Numbered from the stretch's first letter, positions 18,589 through 27,467 are shown. The stretch is 64,000 nucleotides of DNA from Candidatus Moraniibacteriota bacterium (GCA_018499985.2 JAHBAT020000015.1:17059-81058), one strand, 5' to 3'. The notes: a model not told the origin generated them from the sequence alone. Numbers and translations are program-made.

Positions 18589-19110
18589 ATGCAGACCAAA
18601 CAACAAAAAGAAGTCTTGGTGCAGGAGGTAGTAGATAAAATCAAAGATTCAAAAGCTTTGGTTTTTGCCAACTACCAAGGAGTGAATGTGAAAGACATCA
18701 CTGAACTCCGCCGAGAGCTTCGCAAAAGTGGTTCTGGATGGCAGGTACTGAAGAAGACCCTTCTCAATATCGCTCTCAAGAACGCTGGCGTAGAAGTCAA
18801 TAGTCGCGAGCTTAGTGGACAGATCGGTGTAGCCTACTCAAAAGACGAAGTAGTGGCAGCCAAAACCCTCGCAGACTTTATCAAGAGTCACAAGGGTACC
18901 AAGTTTACCATCGAAGGTGGTTCGCTCGGTGAAAAGAATTTGAGCGCAGTAGAAGTACAGGCTTTGGCCAAGCTTCCAAGTCAGGATGAGCTTCGAGGAC
19001 AACTTGTCGGAACTCTCCAGGCTCCAATCTCAAGTTTTGTCCGAGTATTGGGTGGCAATATCAGTGGCTTCGTTCGAGTGCTCAAGGCCATTGAAGAGCA
19101 GAAAGCATAA
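18589..19110 (+). CDS. rplJ: 50S ribosomal protein L10
   Basis: YQGVNV...ELRRELR, VLKKTL, LAKLPS; precedes rplL. Confidence 0.96.
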   Translation: MQTKQQKEVLVQEVVDKIKDSKALVFANYQGVNVKDITELRRELRKSGSGWQVLKKTLLNIALKNAGVEVNSRELSGQIGVAYSKDEVVAAKTLADFIKSHKGTKFTIEGGSLGEKNLSAVEVQALAKLPSQDELRGQLVGTLQAPISSFVRVLGGNISGFVRVLKAIEEQKA

Positions 19111-19148
19111 GTATATTTATTCATTTGTTATTAATTTAAAATAAGATT

Positions 19149-19556
19149 ATGTCAGAAGAAAAAAAGGAAGTAGTAGTACCAGCAAAGTTTGAAAAAATCG
19201 TTGCTGAAATCGAAAAGATGAGTGTTCTTGATCTTTCAGAACTCGTATCTGTACTCGAAGACAAGTTTGGTGTATCAGCTGCTGCTCCTATGATGATGGG
19301 TGCTATGCCAGCTGCCGCTGGTGCTGCAGAAGCTGCAGACGAAAAGAGTGACTTTGATGTAGAGCTTACCTCAGCTGGTGCTCAGAAGATCAATGTTATC
19401 AAGGCTGTTCGTGAAATCACCGGTCTTGGTCTTAAGGAAGCTAAGGACCTTGTAGACGCTGCTCCTAAGGTTATCAAGGAAAAGGTGGCTAAGGCAGAAG
19501 CTGAAGATCTTAAGAAGAAGCTTGAAGAAGCTGGTGCAAGCGTAGTATTGAAATAA
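19149..19556 (+). CDS. rplL: 50S ribosomal protein L7/L12
   Basis: [38 protein letters not shown]. Confidence 0.98.
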   Translation: MSEEKKEVVVPAKFEKIVAEIEKMSVLDLSELVSVLEDKFGVSAAAPMMMGAMPAAAGAAEAADEKSDFDVELTSAGAQKINVIKAVREITGLGLKEAKDLVDAAPKVIKEKVAKAEAEDLKKKLEEAGASVVLK

Positions 19557-19585
19557 GCATCTCTTCTTTCATAAGAAAACAAACA

Positions 19586-19611
19586 ATCCGCCCTTAGGCG
19601 GATTTTTGTTT
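19586..19611 (+). terminator. Intrinsic terminator after rplL
   Basis: AATCCGCC-ctta-GGCGGATT-TTTGTTT. Confidence 0.85.
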
Positions 19612-19663
19612 TGTTAGGGAGAAATTGATATAATACGAGGGTAATTTAAACAAATATCTTGCT

Positions 19664-20263
19664 ATGGAATTTTTTGGTATTGATTTAGTAGAGCTTATCC
19701 GTACGGTGGGATATGCTGGAGTATGGGGGATTGTATTTGCAGAGACGGGTCTTTTTTTGGGATTTTTCTTGCCAGGGGACAGTCTTTTGTTTGTGGCGGG
19801 ATTTCTTTCTGGTGGAGGCTTCTTCTCACTCCCAATTATGCTTATCGGCGTCTCAGTTTCAGCTATCTTGGGTAATTTTGTAGGATATGAATTTGGCAAG
19901 TTTGTGGGGCCAAGATTGTTTCATAAAGAAGACTCTCTTATCTTCAAAAAAGCTCATTTGCTCAAGGCGCAGCGTTACTACGAGCATCATGGACCTAAGA
20001 CCATCTTTTTAGCTCGATTTATGCCTATTGTAAGGACTTTTGCCCCAATTGTGGCCGGTATAGCCCAAATGGATCTCAAGGTCTTCTGGTTCTATAATAT
20101 CGTCAGTGGTGTGGTATGGTCATTTTCCCTTATTCTTCTTGGTTACTACCTCGGTAGCGTCATAGATGTCGATAAGTACCTTCTTCCAATTATCCTTCTT
20201 ATTATCTTTCTTTCTTTCCTTCCAGCGATTATTTCTTACATCAAAGAAAAGCGACGCGGATAA
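19664..20263 (+). CDS. DedA family membrane protein
   Basis: FAETGL..GFFLPGDSLLF.AG, ARFMPIVRTFAPIVAG. Confidence 0.95.
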   Translation: MEFFGIDLVELIRTVGYAGVWGIVFAETGLFLGFFLPGDSLLFVAGFLSGGGFFSLPIMLIGVSVSAILGNFVGYEFGKFVGPRLFHKEDSLIFKKAHLLKAQRYYEHHGPKTIFLARFMPIVRTFAPIVAGIAQMDLKVFWFYNIVSGVVWSFSLILLGYYLGSVIDVDKYLLPIILLIIFLSFLPAIISYIKEKRRG

Positions 20264-20282
20264 TAAAGTAAAAGAGATGTAC

Positions 20283-20313
20283 AATAAAACCCCCTCGAAA
20301 GGGGGTTTTATTT
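20283..20313. terminator. Bidirectional terminator
   Basis: AATAAAACCCCC-tcgaaa-GGGGGTTTTATT between convergent genes. Confidence 0.85.
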
Positions 20314-20331
20314 TTTCTTCAACAAGTGAGA

Positions 20332-20877
20332 CTAAGCGGCTTGTTCTTTGAGGTAGTTGAGCATAGTATCTGCATCACTGACCTCGAAAGGATCAGTCTG
20401 GCAGTTATCGCTGTAGCCTTCTTCAGCAAAGACTTGTTTGATTTCCCCATCCTCTACGAGCATAGAGTAGCGCCATGAGCGGTCACCAAATCCAAGATTT
20501 TCTTTCTTTACAAGCATATCAATACCACGAGTAAAGTCAGCATTGCCATCTGGAAGCATCTTGACCTTAGAAACACCAAGATCATCAGCCCACTTTTTCA
20601 TAACAAAAGCGTCATTGACTGAAAGGCAGTAGATTTCATCTACACCAAGACTCTTGATTTCATCATACTTAGCTTCATAGCCAGGTGCATGAGTAGAAGA
20701 GCAGGTAGGTGTAAAAGCACCCGGAAGACCGAAGACGACAATTTTTTTGCCACCAAAGATTTCAGAGCTTGCTACATCCTGCCAACGATATGGGTTTGGT
20801 CCTTCTACGGACTCATCGCGTACACGTGTTTTGAAGATCACTTCAGGCACACGGCTACCTACGAGTTTGTGCGACAT
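20332..20877 (-). CDS. Peroxiredoxin (Prx5/Redoxin family)
   Basis: LPGAFTPTCSSTH, SVNDAFVM, DGNADFT, RSWRYSM. Confidence 0.95.
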   Translation of the reverse strand: MSHKLVGSRVPEVIFKTRVRDESVEGPNPYRWQDVASSEIFGGKKIVVFGLPGAFTPTCSSTHAPGYEAKYDEIKSLGVDEIYCLSVNDAFVMKKWADDLGVSKVKMLPDGNADFTRGIDMLVKKENLGFGDRSWRYSMLVEDGEIKQVFAEEGYSDNCQTDPFEVSDADTMLNYLKEQAA

Positions 20878-20991
20878 ATATTTGTGTTAGAGAATTAGTA
20901 CCTCATGAGAGGCTACTTCTATGATAGAGAGTCCCATGCAAAGAGTCAAAAAAGTGGTATAATATAAAAATAATTGAAAACACATACGCAT

Positions 20992-21342
20992 ATGGAAACA
21001 TACAAGGGAGCTTGTCATTGTCAGGCAGTGGGGTTTGAGGTGGATATGGAACTTACCAAGGCAGTAGAGTGTAACTGTAGTCATTGTTATCTCAAGGGTT
21101 TCCTGCTTACTTTTGTCCCGGGCAGTACGGTGCGGATTCTTAGGGGAGAAGACATGCTCACAGAATATCGTTTCAACAAGGAGCATATAGCACACTTGTT
21201 CTGCAAGGTCTGTGGCGCTCAGCCATTTGGACGAGCCAATGACGCCGAGGGCAATATGACCTATGCTATCAATATCCGCACCCTAGAAGGAGTGGAGCCA
21301 GAAGTTTTAGAAATCACTCAGTTTGACGGTAAGAATATGTAA
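20992..21342 (+). CDS. GFA (CENP-V-like) zinc protein
   Basis: GACHCQAV, CNCSHC, HLFCKVCG, INIRTL. Confidence 0.93.
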   Translation: METYKGACHCQAVGFEVDMELTKAVECNCSHCYLKGFLLTFVPGSTVRILRGEDMLTEYRFNKEHIAHLFCKVCGAQPFGRANDAEGNMTYAINIRTLEGVEPEVLEITQFDGKNM

Positions 21343-21381
21343 ACAAAAAACCGCCCAGATTACTCGGGGCGGTTTTTTGTT
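21341..21381. terminator. Bidirectional terminator
   Basis: AACAAAAAACCGCCC...GGGCGGTTTTTTGTT between convergent genes. Confidence 0.85.
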
Positions 21382-21394
21382 ATGAGGCTAATGC

Positions 21395-21592
21395 TTACGC
21401 ACGAGCAACATTGGTAGCTGCAGGACCTTTAGGACCTTCAGTGATTTCAAAAGTGACATTGTCACCTACTTGAAGCTCAGTGAAAGTAACACCTGAAAGT
21501 TCATTAGCGTGAAAGAAAAGATCCTTACTCTCACCTTCGCGAGAGATAAAGCCAAATCCTTTGTCTGTGAGGGTTTTGATTGTACCGTTCAT
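21395..21592 (-). CDS. Cold-shock domain protein
   Basis: KGFGFI (RNP1), DLFFH (RNP2), GPKGPAATNV. Confidence 0.95.
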   Translation of the reverse strand: MNGTIKTLTDKGFGFISREGESKDLFFHANELSGVTFTELQVGDNVTFEITEGPKGPAATNVARA

Positions 21593-21691
21593 AGTTTTTT
21601 GTGGGCTATAATTTTCTCTGAAACTCGACTACTTTTTCATTCTGCGTTAATTGCATAGTATAACCATGACACACTCTGGGGATAATTGCAA

Positions 21692-22030
21692 CTAAAATTG
21701 GAGCCTTTTGGCAGGAAAGTCCTTGATACGGCCTTTTCCATCGAGTTCGATACCTTCTTTCTTGTAGAGTTTGAGGCGTTTTTGCTCGTATTCCGGACTC
21801 ATCCACACTCGGCCATCGCTATAGACGATACGGTGAAAAGGGATGCCTTTCTCGCCATTTTGGTAGGCTTTGCCAAGAATACTCGTGATACTCTGAGAGG
21901 TCATAGGCCCGCCACCACAAGCCCGAGCAATATCGCCATAGGTAGAGACTTTGCCTGGAGGGATAGAGAGAGCAAGCCGTACGACACGTTCGCTGAAGGT
22001 GGGGGAAAGTTTTTTGGTGGGAGGGGTCAT
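21692..22030 (-). CDS. Alkyltransferase-like (ATL/YbaZ-type) DNA-binding protein
   Basis: IPPGKVSTYGDIA, IPFHRIV (no active-site Cys), EGI. Confidence 0.88.
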   Translation of the reverse strand: MTPPTKKLSPTFSERVVRLALSIPPGKVSTYGDIARACGGGPMTSQSITSILGKAYQNGEKGIPFHRIVYSDGRVWMSPEYEQKRLKLYKKEGIELDGKGRIKDFPAKRLQF

Positions 22031-22081
22031 GAATGTGTCGTATAATATAAATAAGCTTCAATAATTTAAACAAAACTAAAT

Positions 22082-22348
22082 ATGACTCCGTTTCTCGCTT
22101 TCTTTAATACCATTATATCACTTCTACTTTTATTTTTTTTCGTCCTTGCCGCTGGAACTGCAAGAGATGAATTTATGATGAGCTATTTAATTTTTCCAAT
22201 AACTGTAATTTTTTTATTAAGCATAGTTACAGGTTGGTTGGTTGCGCTTAAAAAAGCGTCTGGGAATATTATTAAAATTTGGAGAGTTACACAAACTGTA
22301 AGTGTTTTGGTTCTCCTGATACTACTGATAGGAACATTTGCTCGATGA
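22082..22348 (+). CDS. Small AT-rich membrane protein
   Basis: 88-aa ORF with three hydrophobic segments; upstream TATAAT. Confidence 0.55.
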   Translation: MTPFLAFFNTIISLLLLFFFVLAAGTARDEFMMSYLIFPITVIFLLSIVTGWLVALKKASGNIIKIWRVTQTVSVLVLLILLIGTFAR

Positions 22349-22400
22349 GATGGCTATTATTTAAATAGTGATAAAATAGTTTGAAATTACTTATCCCAGG

Positions 22401-22512
22401 GAGACCGAGCATAAACTCCAGCCTGCCGGCAGGCAGGTCTCATCCTTATAGCACGGGCAGGTTCGAATGCTCCTGCTCGAAAAGCTCGCAGTCCGCTCTA
22501 TAGGACTTCCTC
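22401..22512. repeat. GC-rich structured region containing palindromic repeats
   Basis: GAGACC/GGTCTC stem enclosing CCTGCCGGCAGG palindrome; TCCTTATAG/CTATAGGA stem enclosing GCAGG-TTCGAATGCT-CCTGC and CTGC-TCGAAAAGCTC-GCAG. Confidence 0.55.
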
Positions 22513-22518
22513 TATTTT

Positions 22519-22672
22519 TTACCCGGGCAGGAATCGAACTACTCGCCTTCGATAAACTCAGGCTGCGTTCTGAGAACCCACGGTTCTCAGCGTCCGCCAG
22601 CTGGCGGACTGCTCTCCTCCAACGGAAAACCGTTACGTTTTCCAACCCTTTCGTCTGTTCGATTCCGGCCCG
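22519..22672. repeat. tRNA-3'-end-derived inverted-repeat element
   Basis: 22519-22539 matches tRNA-Gln 22731-22751 at 19/21; 22524-22539 and 22657-22672 are inverted at 15/16; four internal hairpins. Confidence 0.75.
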
Positions 22673-22686
22673 AAGATAGCCATATA

Positions 22687-22725
22687 AATAAAAAGAAATG
22701 GGCATAAATCCCATTTCTTTTTATT
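22687..22725 (-). terminator. Hairpin immediately downstream of tRNA-Gln
   Basis: AATAAAAAGAAATGGG-cataaat-CCCATTTCTTTTTATT, 16-bp perfect stem. Confidence 0.7.
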
Positions 22726-22730
22726 ATGTG

Positions 22731-22802
22731 TTACCCGGGTAGGATTCGAACCTACGCATGCAAGGACCAAAACCTTGTGCCTTACCACTTGGCGACCGGG
22801 TA
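22731..22802 (-). tRNA. tRNA-Gln (UUG), CCA not encoded
   Basis: TACCCGG-TC-GCCAAGTGGTAAGGC-A-CAAGG-TT-TTG-GT-CCTTG-CATGC-GTAGG-TTCGAAT-CCTAC-CCGGGTA-A folds as a cloverleaf. Confidence 0.96.
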
Positions 22803-22813
22803 ATATTTTGTTG

Positions 22814-24469
22814 CTAGGTGGTCATAGTGCCACCTAGCAAATTGAGCGCTTGAGAAATCAGGGGATTCTCGGAAGCAGGTACTTCTTCGGTCTTAGCCCC
22901 TTCTTCCTCGAGTTCAATTTTCAGCCCGAGTTTTAGCCCTAAAATCCTATCAAAGGCCTCGAGGAGTGTCAATTGATTGGCTTTATCCATGAGACGTTCT
23001 TTGTGGAAGGGGTATTTGACGCCAATGGTGACTACGTTTTTTTCCACGCTTTTAGGGATAGCAGTAGAGAGAGCAAGCGTAAGAGAGGCATTAAGGTCTT
23101 TGGCGACACGCTGAATCTGAGTCCAGTTTTCGCTAAACTGAGCGAGAGTAAGGCTGACAGCGTCATCAATGACCTCGGGAATCATAGCTGCTTCCTGGGT
23201 GATAGGAGTTTCTTTGATCACAGGTGCTGGTGAGATTTTTGGGACTTCTTTTGCTGTCTGACTAGCTTCGATAAACTCAGCTTCTGCGACCGGAGTAGTT
23301 TTAGGTGCTACTGGAGTTTTTTTTTCGATAGCCACAGGTGACTTTGGAGCAGGAGGAGTAGGCGAAGAAGCGCTCTTTGTACCGAGGGTATCAATCATAC
23401 GTACAAGCGCTATCTCGAGAGGGAGTTCTGGGATGACTGCTTGGGAGCTTTCTTTTTGGGCAGCCACAAGAATTTCGAGGAGCTTCACGACGTCGAGGCT
23501 TTGGATTTCTTTGGAAAGGGCTGTAAAAGTATCAACTTGCTCTTTGGTGAGGGTGCTACGGAGAAGGCTCGGGACTTCGGTAGTGGCAGTGAAGAGTAAG
23601 AGATCACGGAGGAAGTGCATAAAGCCAGTCACGAGGACACGGAAGTCGCGACCTTCATCGCCGAGTTTGCGGACATGGGTGAGGGCGTCTAGAAGATGGC
23701 CACTTTGGATATCACGAAAAAGCTCTGCGTAGGTTTCATGCTTAGCGGTGCCCAAGACATCGATAACTATATCCTCGGTAATTTTTTTGACTTCGAGTGA
23801 GTAGATTTGTGTCAGAAGAGATTCGGCGTCACGCATACCGCCTTCTGAAGCAAGGGCTATTTGATTTAAAGCGCCTGGTTCAATGCTGATTTTTTCTTCT
23901 TTGGCGATACGCTCGAGCTTTTCTATGATACTCGCTACCGGGAAACGCCCAAGATCAAAACGCTGACAACGAGAGACAATAGTGTCAGGGACTTTATGAA
24001 GAGCAGTAGTAGCCAGGATAAACATCACATGTGATGGAGGCTCCTCAAGGGTTTTTAGGAGGGCATTGAAGGCTCCAATAGAGAGCATATGAACTTCATC
24101 GATGATGTAGATCTTGCGTTTACCAAGGGTCGGCGGGAGAGCAATAGTTTCTCGGAGTTCACGGATATTGTCGACACCAGTGTGTGAAGCAGCATCTATC
24201 TCTATAATGTCGAGTGAGCGACCTTCTTCCATCTGTACGCAGTGAGCGCATTTGCCGCAGGGTTCCGACTTCTTGCGGTCGAGACAGTTTATCGCTTTGG
24301 CAAAGATGCGAGCAAGCGTGGTCTTGCCGGTACCACGGGGACCAGTAAAAAGATAGGCCTGACCTACTTTGTCGGAGGTAAGGGCATTGGTGAGGGTAGT
24401 GACGATATGTGTCTGTCCTACGACGTCAGCGAAGGTTTTGGGTCGATATTTGCGGTACAGGGTGGTCAT
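22814..24469 (-). CDS. dnaX: DNA polymerase III gamma/tau
   Basis: LYRKYRP..F.DVVGQ, GPRGTGKT, CGKC..C, EIDAAS, IIDEVHML, SRC; start at MTTLY. Confidence 0.97.
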   Translation of the reverse strand: MTTLYRKYRPKTFADVVGQTHIVTTLTNALTSDKVGQAYLFTGPRGTGKTTLARIFAKAINCLDRKKSEPCGKCAHCVQMEEGRSLDIIEIDAASHTGVDNIRELRETIALPPTLGKRKIYIIDEVHMLSIGAFNALLKTLEEPPSHVMFILATTALHKVPDTIVSRCQRFDLGRFPVASIIEKLERIAKEEKISIEPGALNQIALASEGGMRDAESLLTQIYSLEVKKITEDIVIDVLGTAKHETYAELFRDIQSGHLLDALTHVRKLGDEGRDFRVLVTGFMHFLRDLLLFTATTEVPSLLRSTLTKEQVDTFTALSKEIQSLDVVKLLEILVAAQKESSQAVIPELPLEIALVRMIDTLGTKSASSPTPPAPKSPVAIEKKTPVAPKTTPVAEAEFIEASQTAKEVPKISPAPVIKETPITQEAAMIPEVIDDAVSLTLAQFSENWTQIQRVAKDLNASLTLALSTAIPKSVEKNVVTIGVKYPFHKERLMDKANQLTLLEAFDRILGLKLGLKIELEEEGAKTEEVPASENPLISQALNLLGGTMTT

Positions 24470-24608
24470 AGGGAGGATGGGAGAATCAAGGAAAGTAATA
24501 GATATAGTATAGCGTGATTTTGGGAACAAAAAAAGCTTGCCCCGTTAGAGTGAAAAAGAGGAAGCTTTAGTTGAATGAGAGCTCAAACTCTCATGAGGTC
24601 ACCTTGGC

Positions 24609-25289
24609 TTATTTCTTAAAAACGAAGAATTTGTAGCCTACGAAGTTCCAGGCAAGACCAAGGATGCTTCCAAGAGCAGCGCCAATAAGACCAGCCTGGG
24701 CTACTGTGAAGGATCCAGTAGAAATCACAGCACTAAAGGCAAGAGAAGCAATAGTGACATTGATTGCAAAGCCGATAAGACTTACCAAGAAGAACTGAAA
24801 GAACTGATTTGATGGAGCGCTCGCCTTGGTGGCTCCAAAAGTCCAGTATTTATTCCAGAAAAAGCTGTTGATATTGGCCACGATAAAAGAGATAGCCTTA
24901 TAGAGTGAGTAGTAGGTAACGACAAGAGTAGCCAGGGTAAACCAGGTGGTTTCAGAAGCATGACGAGTGTCGTTGGCTACTAAGATAGTGATAAAGGCCA
25001 ATACACCAAGGTCTACAAGAGTATTCATCACTCCGATAACGAGAAATTTGGCTAGCTGCCAGACGAGAGGAATTTTTTTGGCGATAAATGAAGAGACTAC
25101 AAGTCCAGCGGGTACACCTAAGGCAAAGAACGGTACAATAAAAAGTTTGAGGGCATCAAAGAGACTTGGCTTGGCATTTTTTAAGATAGGGAGAAGAAGA
25201 AGCCCAATAAGGATTCCAGCCAAAAGACCAAGAAGATAGTCTTTTTTGCCACCAGTGTAGCTTGAAGCTGGTGTGATTTGCTCGTCCAT
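24609..25289 (-). CDS. GtrA family membrane protein (putative lipid-linked glycan flippase)
   Basis: KFLVIGVMNTLVDLG, NSFFWNKYWTF, WNFVGYKFFVF. Confidence 0.88.
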   Translation of the reverse strand: MDEQITPASSYTGGKKDYLLGLLAGILIGLLLLPILKNAKPSLFDALKLFIVPFFALGVPAGLVVSSFIAKKIPLVWQLAKFLVIGVMNTLVDLGVLAFITILVANDTRHASETTWFTLATLVVTYYSLYKAISFIVANINSFFWNKYWTFGATKASAPSNQFFQFFLVSLIGFAINVTIASLAFSAVISTGSFTVAQAGLIGAALGSILGLAWNFVGYKFFVFKK

Positions 25290-25305
25290 AGAATTGTCGT
25301 CAGTA

Positions 25306-26097
25306 TTATTTACCTTGGTTTATTTCTCGCTCGATTTCTTCCATGTCTTTGACCCAGTCATTTAAGAGACTTGAGCTCGATGAGACAGGTTCTTTAGCAT
25401 GAAAAGAAATTTGAGAGGCAGGGGTTGGAGTAGGGGTTTCTACAGAGGCAATATCAATATCTTGTTTCCAAGTATTCATAACGCTGTGAGCCTCGGTTGC
25501 TTTTTCGTGGTCAGCCTTCCAGTCGGTGTGAGCACCTTTTTGGATAATGTTTTCGATAGCGGCCCACTGTGAATCCATACCAGCCGGGATAACGATAGCT
25601 ACCTCATCACCAGGCTCGGCCTTGAAGTAAGTGACAGATGCAAGAAGGATGCGAAAAGGCTTGCCATTAGAAACAATGTAGTAGTTGCCGTTTTCGTCTT
25701 GGGTCATGATACCAAGGGCATGACGGCGTTCGACTGGGCCAATCTGCTTGTAGAGAAAGGTGCCGGTCTGAGTAATGGTGAGCTTGAGGTGGTCACCTTC
25801 TACAAGCTTGGACTTAGAAGCGTAGTTGGCAGGGACAGGGTATTGTTTGCCGTCAGTACCAAGCATGATTTGTCCATCAAAGGTACCTTCGACGACTGTG
25901 CCATCAACTTCTTCGTGAGCTTCGAGCTTCCGTGGGCGTCCGGTTTTCTTCTTGCCCTCTAGCTGGAGGAGCATAGCCTTGGCGCCCTGGATAGTTTTTT
26001 CGGCACTCAAAACCATTTCACGCAGAGCCTGAATTTTTTGCATTTGCTGATCTGGATCAAGATGAGACTCATTTGTCTCGGGGATTGTTTTTGACAT
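25306..26097 (-). CDS. Hypothetical protein with AT-hook-like GRPRK and beta-rich core
   Basis: VEGTFDGQIM, YPVPANYASKSKLVEGD.LKL, YKQIGP, ASVTYFK; start at MSKTI. Confidence 0.7.
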   Translation of the reverse strand: MSKTIPETNESHLDPDQQMQKIQALREMVLSAEKTIQGAKAMLLQLEGKKKTGRPRKLEAHEEVDGTVVEGTFDGQIMLGTDGKQYPVPANYASKSKLVEGDHLKLTITQTGTFLYKQIGPVERRHALGIMTQDENGNYYIVSNGKPFRILLASVTYFKAEPGDEVAIVIPAGMDSQWAAIENIIQKGAHTDWKADHEKATEAHSVMNTWKQDIDIASVETPTPTPASQISFHAKEPVSSSSSLLNDWVKDMEEIEREINQGK

Positions 26098-26396
26098 AGA
26101 AAATATTTTTTTTGTTTTTGATTTTTGTAACTTTATTATAGTGGGTATTACTACTAACGACAAGTGGTGGAGAGAAGTTTTTTAGAGAAAGCTTGTCTCG
26201 AAGAAAGAAGGATGTGAATGAAAGATTTTTACCACAATGTTAAAGAGGGGAAATTTTTGGAAAATTCTCAGGAAAGAAGGGTGCTTGGATTTGAGAAATG
26301 GTGGGTCAGGGGTCAGCCCTTGACAAAAACATAGTTCATGCGGTAATATAAGTCATTATCAAATGTGCCCTATTATCAAATTTTTGTTTACGCATT

Positions 26397-27467
26397 ATGA
26401 CTGACCAGAAAAAGAATCGAGAATCGGCTTCTGAGGACCTTGTGACCCTCTATTCAGAAACGATTGAGAAGTTTTTGGAACGCTTGCCTGAGCGCTCACG
26501 CGCTATTGTTAAAGCTCGTTTTGGTATGGATGGTGGTAAAGCAAAGACCCTTGAAGAAATTGGAAGTTTCTACAGCATCACTCGGGAACGTGTGCGTCAG
26601 GTGATTTGTAGCGCCCTCGAGCAGCTCAAAAAAGCCCTTCTTCATGAGGAGCAGTTTGCTCTTATTCCGAAGTCAGTAGAGCAGGCTCTTTCCAAGAAGC
26701 ATGGCATCATGGTACTTGATGAATTGGTCAAGGCTTTGTCAAAGGGGAATAAGAAAGAAAAGGGAGCTATCCTTGCTTTCCTCGAAGCTTTGCCAAATGT
26801 ACTTTCAGAGAAGCTTTCGGATGATCATGAGAAGGTGTACTTCCTCAAAGACTTCTCACTTGATACTTGGCAGGAGATGAAAGATGGAGCCAAGCATATT
26901 TTGACTGAGATGAAAGAAACTCTTTCTGGCGAAGAACTTTACAAAGAATTTACCAAGAAGCATGGTAAGAAATTTAGCTACGAGCATTTTATCAATTTCA
27001 TGACTGTTTCTAAGGATATTAAACAAAATGTTTTTGGACGCTGGGGCTTGGCTACTTGGAGTGATATTAAGCCACGCGGGACAAGAGAGAAGGCTTACTT
27101 GGTATTGAAGACAGGCGGTAAGCCACTTCACTTCCGTGATATTGCTAAGCTTATCGATGAGCACGGACTTCATCAGAAGAAGCGCCAGAGTCACCCACAG
27201 ACAGTGCACAATGAATTGATTAAGGACAAGCGCTTTGTTTTGGTAGGACGTGGTATCTATGCGCTCTCTGAATGGGGATACAAAAAGGGGACTGTCAAAG
27301 AAGTTATTACGGAAATACTCAAAGAAGCCAAAGAGCCTTTGACACGTGAAGAAATCCTCGAGAGAGTACTCTCTATCCGTCAGGTCAAAAAGTCTACTAT
27401 TATTATCAATCTCAACACTTTTTTTGAGCGCGTAGCCAAAAACACCTACTCACTCAAGAAAAAATAA
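26397..27467 (+). CDS. Sigma70 region-4 plus HARE-HTH/RNAP-delta-like winged-helix protein
   Basis: RFG...TLEEIG..YSITRERVRQ at N-terminus; PLHFRDI...QTVHNELIKDKRFVLVGRGIYAL.EW; no sigma region 2. Confidence 0.8.
   Translation: MTDQKKNRESASEDLVTLYSETIEKFLERLPERSRAIVKARFGMDGGKAKTLEEIGSFYSITRERVRQVICSALEQLKKALLHEEQFALIPKSVEQALSKKHGIMVLDELVKALSKGNKKEKGAILAFLEALPNVLSEKLSDDHEKVYFLKDFSLDTWQEMKDGAKHILTEMKETLSGEELYKEFTKKHGKKFSYEHFINFMTVSKDIKQNVFGRWGLATWSDIKPRGTREKAYLVLKTGGKPLHFRDIAKLIDEHGLHQKKRQSHPQTVHNELIKDKRFVLVGRGIYALSEWGYKKGTVKEVITEILKEAKEPLTREEILERVLSIRQVKKSTIIINLNTFFERVAKNTYSLKKK

Noticed and set aside
22503..22512. RNase P RNA (minus-strand GAGGAAGTCC)
   Set aside because: One A short of GAGGAAAGUCC, and no 3' ACAGAA.CCGGCUUA-type partner within range.
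22519..22672. Second or intron-containing tRNA
   Set aside because: Only T-loop/acceptor 3' halves are present, in opposite orientations; no D-arm or anticodon arm.
22391..22714. ORFs 22391-22714(-) and 22467-22679(+)
   Set aside because: Translations (CLPAG, FDKLR, SLSK) are read-throughs of palindromic repeats; no RBS or protein features.
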